A DNA stretch of 63,765 nucleotides, the filler included, from Stramenopiles sp. TOSAG23-3 (taxonomy: Eukaryota), in the NCBI GenBank assembly GCA_900128585.1. It is 10 parts of 10 records of this genome, joined end to end, with 100 filler letters (N's around TTAATTAATTAA, not from the genome) between each part and the next. Parts side by side here need not be neighbours in the genome. Positions count along the whole stretch, not along the records: positions 54,818 to 56,528 come from LT645503.1; positions 56,629 to 58,338 come from LT645504.1; positions 58,439 to 60,148 come from LT645505.1; positions 60,249 to 61,957 come from LT645506.1; positions 62,058 to 63,765 come from LT645507.1; 5 more parts are not named here. One strand, given 5' to 3'. Each line of letters begins with the position of its first letter. Positions within the stretch are counted from its first letter, which is position 1. Below, piece by piece: positions 54,818-63,765 of this stretch. The notes beneath the pieces were generated by a model. The model made no database searches. It saw nothing but the letters and a program-made list of their open reading frames with translations, and was not told the origin of the DNA. The translations under genes were made by a program, and so were the position numbers.

Positions 54818-55904
54818 AAGCACCGTAGGACAGCAACGTGTAAAAAGAAAAGTTTTGTGCCATGTGCATAATTATAACGCTTTGTACCGATGCGTTCGTA
54901 AGAATAGTCCAGCGCGGCGAGTCAGGGAGAGACTTATCGACGCCCGGGCCGCTTTGACCATTCAGCCCTTTCAGGGCTTCTTGAGTGCCAGTCTTTGATT
55001 GCTTGTTCCCCGCTGCTGCATCTGGTTTGCTCTGGCCCGGTTCGTCCACGGCACTGGCGCCATCTTGCTGAGACTCGGCATTTTGCCGCTTTTCTACCGT
55101 ACCTTCTAGTTTTGGCACGAGTAGACTGGCCGCAGTTTCGTCAACATTCTCCTCCCCATTGTGGGTTTTGGTCACCGCCGTCAACTCAAGCCCTTCCGCT
55201 GGATTGGTGCTCGTCTTGGTGGACACTGGCACAAACGAAAACGAGATTAGACATACCAAAAACCCGAAGGATGCATAGAACTGAGTCAGGTACCGCCAGC
55301 CCAACGTCTTGAGGAAAAATGGGGTTGCAAACGTTGATACTATTGCCCCGCTGTGAATCCCGGCAGAGCGGTAGGCCGCCGCGGAAGAATAGCTCGCCGG
55401 CGCGGCATACGTCGTGATTGCAACCTGAGACGCTGGGAACATTGGGGCGCACAAAACGCCGAGAAAAAACATCAGCACCCAGCAAACGCCGATGCTGCCT
55501 TTCGTATAGTCGTACGCAAAGGGGAACAAGAAAGCGCACGCGGACCAGCCAGCGCACGCCGTCGTCAACGTCTTCAGTCCGCCATATTTTGAAGCAACGA
55601 GCCCACTGACGATGTTGTTCGAAGCGTACCCGAAGAAAAATGCCGACAAGATTAAGGCTTTCCTCGTACCATTTGACGTCGGAGTTGCTGCCCCGGGAGA
55701 GTCGGTCAGCCCCGAGTTTTGGTTGTACTTGGACATGACAATAAATTCCTCGTCTAGGGCGACGGCAATGAAGCCCAGAGACGTTCTTACGAGGTAATTG
55801 GCAACCCCAAAGAGCCCGATCAACCGAAAGAGACCCTTATTTTCTTGCCGTTCCGTTCCTTTGGTCTCTACCGTCCCCGGAACGACGGTGGGAGACCCCT
55901 CCAT
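54818..55904 (-). CDS. MFS transporter (SLC17/ACS-like), 3' truncated at the contig end
   Basis: ILSAFFFGY, GLVASKYGG, LGWRYL, HMAQNFSFYTLLSY. Confidence 0.8.
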
Positions 55905-56628
55905 GACTAATATCGCCGAAACTCAAAAAAAAACACTACTCTTTTTTTCCTCGCAGGATCTTTCTTTTGGATACAGTTTTCTTCGTTTCAAACTCGAGCA
56001 AAACATTGTGCAAAATGTAAACAATCATTTATCGTAATTTTCAAGGTGGAGTTCAGAGTGGCAATGAGACAAAGAAGAAGAAGCCACATTATTATTAGTA
56101 TTTAACTATTAAAACTAACTTTTTCCTCTTCTCTATAATAATATATAAACTTCTTCTATCTAATAAATAAATAATAATCGTTAAAATAATTATTATTAAA
56201 TTTAAGGGTTTTTGTATTAATATGTAATTTATATATTTCAAAAAAGAAGTCGTCTATCACACATTTCTTCTTCTTCTTTCTTCTTCTTCTTCTTCTTCTT
56301 TCTTCTTCTTCTTCTTCTCTCTTCTTTCTTCTTCTTCTTCTTCTTCTTCTTCTTCCTTCTTCTTCTTCTTCTTCTTCTTCTTCTTCTTCTTTTGTCTTCT
56401 TCTTCTTTTGTCTTCTTCTTCTTCTTTCTTCTTCTTCTTCTTCTTCTTCTTCTTCTTCTTCTTCTCTCTTCTTCTTCTTTGTTTCTTTGTTTCTTTCTTT
56501 GTTTCTTTGTTTCTTTCTTTGTTTCTTTNNNNNNNNNNNNNNNNNNNNNNNNNNNNNNNNNNNNNNNNNNNNTTAATTAATTAANNNNNNNNNNNNNNNN
56601 NNNNNNNNNNNNNNNNNNNNNNNNNNNN

Positions 56629-56877
56629 AAATAGCGGTGGCATCGGCTCAAAACTCCAAACAGTTGTATCCTCCCCCCCGCTTCTGAAAGCAGCATACTT
56701 CGCAAAAACTCCAATATTTCCTCCTACATCAACGATATGATTCCCGCAACCGTAATCTAAGTGCCCATATTCCTCTTCAATGAAAATCTTTTGGAGCAAA
56801 AACGATGCCTCATTTTCGTTTACGCAAGCTAGTTTACCGCAACCAGATTCATATGAAACATATGTGTGTTGCGCCAT
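56629..56877 (-). CDS. FkbM-family methyltransferase, N-terminal fragment
   Basis: IFIEEEY, IVDVGGNIGVFA SAM-binding motif, VWSFEPMP. Confidence 0.8.
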
Positions 56878-57270
56878 TGCCTTCAGGTGATATTTTTTAT
56901 TTGTGCTCTGAAGTAACACTATCGTGCTCTGATACTGCGTCTATTTCTACTTTAGTATTTGCGCAGCCGACACAAAAATAATCGTATACCGTACAAAATT
57001 ACCAAATTCTATTTGTAACCAACCATCTTCCTCTGCAAAATGTTGAAGCACCTACCACCCCACTACCACCGTGCAGTGTGCAGGGCGACGAGGCATGTTG
57101 TTTTTTTCTTTCCATAATAAAGCTTAGCCGGTACACACTAGCAAATACTTGGTACTCTCGCATCTAGCACCCCACACTATCACACACAAGACGACTATTC
57201 TATTAAAATCAACAAAAAACTTCTGAAATGCACTGTAATGTAAGTAATTAGGTAGTATTAAAATAGAATA

Positions 57271-57635
57271 GTCATTTAAATCGGAAAGTCAGAAGAAAAA
57301 AAACTAAATATATTATTTTGTTGTTGTTTTTCTTCTTTTTTTCTTAGTTTGTATGCTATTACCTGTTAGTTTTTTGAGATTTTATTTTCGAACAGATTTT
57401 CCTATCTAATATATGCTTATTTACGTATATATAAATACAATACACTACTAATATATCAAAGTGTTTCCCGTAAAAACGTTACTTTCGTTTATATCTTAAG
57501 AGATAATACAAGTACTTATTGCGTATAAAACGATTTTCTCACGTTTCCCCCTAAAAATTATTGATTATTGAATAATTATTCATTTGATCACGTTTTTCTT
57601 TCATTTTTTCCTTCCGACTTTCCGATTTAAATGAC
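57271..57635. mobile_element. MITE family B (~365 bp)
   Basis: TIR GTCATTTAAATCGGAAAGTC (57271) / GACTTTCCGATTTAAATGAC (ending 57635); interior similar to 13051-13505. Confidence 0.75.
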
Positions 57636-57840
57636 ACAGAAAAACAAGATGCTGGCATAATTGTAATATCCGTGTGCATACCGCTCGTAGCTATCGCTTT
57701 GATCATGCAGGCTTTATATCGTTGGGCAAAAACACACAAAAATTATTTATGTACATAATAATACGCACATGTAAAATTTACTAATTAATACCTGAACGTA
57801 CCTGTACTCGAACTTGGTGCACGTGCTGTGTATCGGGGGG

Positions 57841-58338
57841 AATTAGCCATTATGAATTAATTTTGTTTTTCTCTTTCTTCATTTTTTTTGAAAATAATAA
57901 TAGTCGTCGCTCGCGTTTCTATTCTTTTTGGAACCACGTTCTTTAGACGGCTCCTTCTCTAATTTTGCGCTCTCTATTTTCCTTTACAAGTTGCATCACG
58001 GTCTTTCCCATATCAGGATGGTGAAAAAAAGTCTTGTTTCCCCTTACAAGGTCCCACTTCGATCCCCGCCTATGTTTAGTGTTCGTTTTCACAGTGACTA
58101 GCATGCCCGCTTGAAGTTCAATCTGTACTTCCGTTCCATGATGAACGTCGTCGTTTGCCCGACTTGCCGGGCCCACTGGGTTTACAGATGGGGTATCGTC
58201 GCCCACTTTGGACATTTGTTTCACAAAACTTCTGGTCATGTGCTTAATCTTTTTCTGACGGTCCGGGTGCGACGACTATTATTATTTTCAAAAAAAATGA
58301 AGAAAGAGAAAAACAAAATTAATTCATAATGGCTAATT
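57841..58338. repeat. Perfect 70-bp inverted repeat enclosing a 98-codon ORF-like fragment (57943-58239, - strand)
   Basis: 57841-57910 is the exact reverse complement of 58269-58338; the right arm ends at the contig edge. Confidence 0.85.
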
Positions 58339-58632
58339 NNNNNNNNNNNNNNNNNNNNNNNNNNNNNNNNNNNNNNNNNNNNTTAATTAATTAANNNNNN
58401 NNNNNNNNNNNNNNNNNNNNNNNNNNNNNNNNNNNNNNCGAGTTGATCGAAGAGAGAGAAAACCTTGCGGCTGAGGGAAAGGGAGCAAAGGAGGCGATGG
58501 TCGAAGCGGGGTCAAGCGGGTTGCGCTTGACAACTGAGCGCCCTCCTCTATTGAGGTCTCCGGGTCCCGCCGAAAAAGGCGCGTTGCAGTTGACCTTTCT
58601 GACCAACGACAGGGGGGCGCATATTGAGGCAA

Positions 58633-59442
58633 ATGGGCGGCGAAGTGACGTGGAAGTTGTCACCAGCGGAAAAGGCAAGAAAAGCTCTCCGGGAGAGAGA
58701 CCAAATAGACGAAGGGCAGAAGCCGAGAAGCGACTCCCTCGTCGCAGCAGGCGGAGGGGAAGAGTACGACGGGAGCGCCGATGACGAGCTTGGGGCGCTG
58801 GGACTCTTGTCGTTGGAGTTAGAAACGAGCCCATCCCCTACCAGCAAAGACCGTCGGAAACGAAATTTAGAACCATTACAACGTGAAACGGAACGAGGGT
58901 TCCAAAAGTTCTTTCCCAACTTTTACACAGAAAAGAACAAGCACAGGACGCGCAGAAACAAACTGACCGATATGAAACTAAAACGAGCGAAAGAGTCCGT
59001 ATTCAAAGGGGAAGAAGAGTACAAGGCACGGAAAAGGGCTGAACGGGACAAAAAGAGGGCGGTCAAAGAGCGACAGAAACAGCTGAAGAGGCTTGAAGAA
59101 GAGAAGAAGGCCGGGGAAGAGGAGCACCGAATGCTTTTGAACCTCCTGTACGACCAATCGAAGTCCCTTGACCCAAACTCCAAGGAAACATTGTCGGGTT
59201 ACCTGTCCCGAAACCAGAAAAAAAACACCGACGATTTATTAGCAATGAAAGCGGAAAACGAATTGCGGCACGATATGTTAACCGACATGTACAACATGGT
59301 CAAACTCCTTATGCCGAACAGTACGGAAAAGGTCGGTGAATTTTTCCATCGGTACCATAAGAAGAACACGACGGATTTGATGGCTGAAAAGGATAGCCTG
59401 GTCAGCGTCTTGGAGGAGGCAACCGGTACAGCTACCGATTGA
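58633..59442 (+). CDS. Hypothetical basic coiled-coil protein; start uncertain, possibly frameshifted from an upstream frame
   Basis: Long GC-rich ORF with K/R/E-rich coil and a repeated KKNTxDLxA motif. Confidence 0.5.
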   Translation: MGGEVTWKLSPAEKARKALRERDQIDEGQKPRSDSLVAAGGGEEYDGSADDELGALGLLSLELETSPSPTSKDRRKRNLEPLQRETERGFQKFFPNFYTEKNKHRTRRNKLTDMKLKRAKESVFKGEEEYKARKRAERDKKRAVKERQKQLKRLEEEKKAGEEEHRMLLNLLYDQSKSLDPNSKETLSGYLSRNQKKNTDDLLAMKAENELRHDMLTDMYNMVKLLMPNSTEKVGEFFHRYHKKNTTDLMAEKDSLVSVLEEATGTATD

Positions 59443-60600
59443 AGCGGAAAAAGCGCGGCGCGTGAGTGAACGGCCAGAGCAAGGAACAAGGCAAGCCACC
59501 TACCGCGCTTACATTTCCCAGTCGGTATACACTTTATCCCCCGTTTAACGCACCTACTACAAGGAGATTTCTTATTTCCGGCGTTCAGCAGCATGGATGT
59601 GCAACCTTGTGCGAATTGTAATCGAAATTAAACTATGTTCGTAGTAAGATTTTCTTGTAGGCTGCTGCCAAATAATTGCACAACGTACTTAAATTATTAT
59701 TCCTTCTAAAAACAAAATTCGGCTCATCCTCCCTCCTTCTCTTCTTTTTGTTGTTGTGTTGTCTGTCGTCTGCGGTGCCACAAAAGACGCTATTTACCCT
59801 GCTATTTCATTTTTTTATATTTCTTCTTTCATTCTAATTTCCTCGTAGTTGTCGACAAAAAAAGAAATATTACAACTTCGCTTATGATAATTCTTCTCAT
59901 CGGAATATACATAATTCCTCAGTGATTGACAACCAACGAAAACGAAATTAAAAAATCAAATTAAAACATCAATTTAGGATTAGGGTTGGAACTGAAATTG
60001 TAATTGATTTAAAATGAGAGTCTTAAAGCATATATATAATTTGTTTTGCTTTTTTAAAAATATACATACTACTGACACGGGCCACAGGCACTGACTTAAT
60101 TTTTTTAATCTCTGCTCCTGTGATTTTTCTAATTCGTAATCAATTGTCNNNNNNNNNNNNNNNNNNNNNNNNNNNNNNNNNNNNNNNNNNNNTTAATTAA
60201 TTAANNNNNNNNNNNNNNNNNNNNNNNNNNNNNNNNNNNNNNNNNNNNTCTTCTTCTTCTTCTTCTTCTTCTTTCTTCTTCTTCTTTCTTCTTCTTCTTT
60301 CTTCTTCTTCTTCTTCTTCTTCTTCTTTTCTTCTTTTTTTCTTTTCTTCTTCTTCTCTCTTCCTCCTTCTTCTTCTTCTTCTTTTCTTCTTCTCAACAAC
60401 TAATAACAACAGACAGATATAATCTTCAAATTTTAAAAAGGATGTGTATATGTGCGTGTTTGTTGTAACTTTTTCTGAAAATAATTTATGTAGACAGGAC
60501 AGGTTCGCCGAATTCATCCATCGGGTGAAGGTTTATGACACACGCAGACACGTTCACTTGAATATTGCAATAATTTTCTTGGGGGAAGTTTTTTTCGACA

Positions 60601-61698
60601 ATGTCCGCGTTCTCCAACTTTGACGACTTGCAGTTTTCTGGGCTTGGTGCGGAGAACACGGCCCTGTGCGAGGTATGCCGCGATACTGTATATGTTGATT
60701 CAAACGGGGGGTGCAAAGTTTGCGGTCACGACACGTCAACGGCCGGGTCAGCGCCTGCAGTTTCTACGAGCACGCCGGCCAGCATGGTGGACTTTTTTCG
60801 GCGAACAAACGGAGGCCGTGGCGGGGAAGGCGCCGACGATTGGACTGAGTACACAGGCTCTCTTCTGGGCCTGACCGCGGAAGGGCAGCGTGGCATTTCC
60901 GCAGAGCGGATCCAGGCAATGCTCGCGGACATTGGATTTTTGGGGGGTGAGGGTGCGTTCTCTACCAAGCCCCCGCCTGCGTCCAAGAAGATTGTGAGCA
61001 AACTGGTGCGGATAAAGGTAACCGAGGACGATATCAACCAGGTTGAAGCAGTGCAAAAGAACCAGGTCACTTTCAAAGGCACCGGGCAGAGCGCTGTGGT
61101 GATCCCGGCAGTGTTTGGCCCGAGGATAGTAGAAGAGAAAACCTGCGAGTGCATTCTGGCGGACCCAGTGCATGGACACACTTCACTTGCGATCGAGAGA
61201 AAAGCTGTGGAAGGGAAGGTTTTGGTCGTGAAGAGGGGCAAGTCAAGCTTTGCAGCCAAAGCAAAGCTCGCGGAAGAGATGGGGGCCGCAGCGTTGCTGG
61301 TCATCAACACTGCAGACGTTTGGCCGTTCATCATGGGGGATTCCACAGGCGAGGGGAAAGCCGTGCAGATCCCCTGCGTTATGATCCGAAAGGACCAGGG
61401 GGAAAAGGTGTTGACATTATTAGAGGGTGGAAGCGCAACCCTGGTTTTTGAAAAGCCAGAAGCGGTCGAGACCCAGTGCGGCATCTGCCTGGAGGAGTAC
61501 AAAAAGGCAGACGAGCTGCTGCAGCTCCCCTGCGTCCATTTTTTCCACACCTCATGCATCATGTCCTGGCTGGACGTGACGAACTCGTGCCCCCTCTGCC
61601 GCCACCAGCTTCAAACCGACGATCCTGCGTACGAGCAGCAACGCAGGGCCGCCAATGGGGCCAACGGCAACGACACCAGCGATTTGTTCTTTTCATGA
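60601..61698 (+). CDS. RING-H2 E3 ligase with N-terminal Zn ribbon and internal PA domain
   Basis: CEVC...CKVC; PPPASK; PA-like KVLVVKRGKSSFAAKAKLAEEMGAAALLVIN...IPCVMI; RING CGIC...LPCVHFFHTSCIMSWL...CPLCR. Confidence 0.9.
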   Translation: MSAFSNFDDLQFSGLGAENTALCEVCRDTVYVDSNGGCKVCGHDTSTAGSAPAVSTSTPASMVDFFRRTNGGRGGEGADDWTEYTGSLLGLTAEGQRGISAERIQAMLADIGFLGGEGAFSTKPPPASKKIVSKLVRIKVTEDDINQVEAVQKNQVTFKGTGQSAVVIPAVFGPRIVEEKTCECILADPVHGHTSLAIERKAVEGKVLVVKRGKSSFAAKAKLAEEMGAAALLVINTADVWPFIMGDSTGEGKAVQIPCVMIRKDQGEKVLTLLEGGSATLVFEKPEAVETQCGICLEEYKKADELLQLPCVHFFHTSCIMSWLDVTNSCPLCRHQLQTDDPAYEQQRRAANGANGNDTSDLFFS

Positions 61699-62163
61699 TG
61701 ACGACGAAGTGCCGCAAAGAGAAAAGCAAGAGGATGCGTTTTCTTCTGTTATTTAGCTTTTTACTAATAAGGTATACATACAAAACGCCCTCTCTCTCTC
61801 TTCTTCTTCTTCTTCTTCTTTCTTCTTTCTTCTTTCTTCTTTCTTCTTCTTCTTCTTCTTCTTCTTCTTTCTTCTTCTTTCTTCTTCTTCTTCTTCTTCT
61901 TCTTCTTTCTTCTTCTTCTTCTTCTTCTTCTTTCTTCTTCTTCTTCTTCTTCTTCTTNNNNNNNNNNNNNNNNNNNNNNNNNNNNNNNNNNNNNNNNNNN
62001 NTTAATTAATTAANNNNNNNNNNNNNNNNNNNNNNNNNNNNNNNNNNNNNNNNNNNNCTCCTTCTATTGCATATCCTCCCCAAGTTCTAGTCAAAATTCC
62101 AATTGGCAAGTAAACGGAATAAACTTGTTTGCTGTGGTTCGTACAAGATAATGTTTTGGACGA

Positions 62164-63139
62164 CTACATGATGGAACAACCACCGGATGTCGCCTCGAAC
62201 CCAATAGGCACAGGTTGAATGCTCGAACTCACCTTTCCCCCGCCAGTTGTCCTTCCGGCTGTGCCATCCGAGAGAATGAAATAGGAGCAACCAATGCCAG
62301 CCCCCACATGAGTGTACTGGGTGCCAGGACGTGGATTTATGGTTGAATCAATTTTTCCCCCCGCTGACAATTCTGTCAACAGCACCATCAGCCCGGAGCA
62401 GATAACTGGCGCTGTTTCCTGAAGACGCAGCAATATAAGGACCAAATTCACTTTCGATCGTATACTGTATTATTGCGCCACCTTTGGTTTTGTCAACTTT
62501 CCCATCGCTACGAACAAAATAGCTTTGGCAAGTGATGGTGTTGTGCTTATCGCTTGCTGACCCCATTGCCTGTGGAGAGATTGCGACATACGCCACACCT
62601 TCCTCACTGCACGCCATGGTTGCAGAAATCTTACCCTGACCTTTTGTCCTGTCAATTTTCCCATCATCCCGTAAGAGGTACGTGGCTTCAGATCCTGCAG
62701 AGGCGTCGATGTATTTTGTTTTGGACCCTGGGGCGGCGATTGTGGATTCAATTTTCCCATCTTTTATGGATCTGTCGACTGCTCCATCCGCTCGCACGAA
62801 GTAGGAAGCATAATCGCCAGAGGAAATTGCTACATATTTGCCTCCACCTTCGCAAAAAATTTCTGACCTCTTCTTTCCCGATACAATTCTGTCGATTATA
62901 CCATCGTCACGGAGAAGATACGACGCGTAGTTTCCGGCGCTGGCTGAAACGTATTTCGTTTTTGCAGGGGGCATAAACTGTGACCCAATCTTACCCCCCC
63001 CAACCGTGCGGTCCACACAACCGTCGTCCCGCACAAAATAGGTCACACTCTCGGAGGTGTCACTTCGAATGTATTTTATTCCCGTCGGGTTGGACGAGTC
63101 GGTGAATTGCTTTGTTACCTCAGCATCCGGTGCGGCCAT
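62164..63139 (-). CDS. RCC1/BLIP-II-like repeat protein ending in a CaaX motif; one frameshift near 62360
   Basis: ~38-aa repeats Y..ASAG..ASYLLRDDG.IDR; the repeat continues in a second frame to ...GGCSIM* after a G6 run. Confidence 0.75.
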
Positions 63140-63686
63140 TGTTTATCAAGAGTTTTAGGGTATGTTTGTTTTGGCTGTGGTATATCTGCTTCGTTGAGTT
63201 TCAAATCACGTAATATAAGAGTATATAAATAAAGATGTAACTACTTCGTAACTTCACTCTTTCTCTTTTTTTGTTAAACACTTCTTCCCCATCGTAGTAC
63301 ATTTCTCATTTTTTATAGTAGTGCGACATTAATTAGCGGTGTGGAGGAAGAAGTAGTAGTATTATTATTACCATTCCACCAAGTACCAAAGAAGTACATG
63401 ACTTGGAACCGGTACTACCAGGTACCAAACCAGGTAAAAGAAGAAGAAGAAAAAAAAATGTTGAAGAAGGAAGAAGAAGAAGAGCGGTGATGATAAAAAA
63501 ACAGGTCACAGCATGAAAACTAATAATAATATTTCGTATTTTATTATTGACACTAAAAAAAACTAGTCTAGTCGTCTAACTATGATGAATTGCCTTCAGA
63601 AAGACCTACATATTGTACATTTAATGGAATATTATTATTCACTCACGCACAACAAACAAAAAACAAACAAAAAACAAAAAACAATC

Positions 63687-63765
63687 CTCCTTCTATTGCA
63701 TATCCTCCCCAAGTTCTAGTCAAAATTCCAATTGGCAAGTAAACGGAATAAACTTGTTTGCTGTG
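63687..63765. repeat. 79-bp terminal direct repeat of the last contig (identical to 62058-62136)
   Basis: CTCCTTCTATTGCATATCC...CTTGTTTGCTGTG at both ends. Confidence 0.95.

Overview
Eukaryotic protist DNA with intron-poor, GC-richer genes separated by very AT-rich spacers and (CTT/GAA)n tracts. A DZIP1-like gene suggests a flagellated cell; a stramenopile-like nanoflagellate SAG/MAG is plausible but unverified. The window is NOT one locus. It is ten contigs (five of ~10.9 kb, five of ~1.7 kb) joined by artificial N-TTAATTAATTAA-N linkers, so adjacency across linkers carries no meaning. Most genes are ordinary: SNAPC1, UBL-WLM protease, PDK-like kinase, BSD, SNF1, ELO, DZIP1, TauE, MFS, PHD-HDAC, proline iminopeptidase. 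The most interesting contig is 21946-32805. It holds an uninterrupted Helitron2/Helentron-type Rep-Pif1 ORF (>2250 aa) followed by three small intronless ORFs: Tudor-like, a candidate phage/NCLDV-type ssDNA-binding protein with an NLS, and F-box-like. These are embedded in recent tandem duplications. The second highlight is a dispersed short element (AAAACAAGAAAATTGGCTGTTATTT...) with one fixed end, variable truncation and 10-13 bp target-site duplications, which points to a retroposed family. Also present: a decayed CRE-like non-LTR retrotransposon, several MITE/Pack-type inverted-repeat elements, and some unusual domain fusions.
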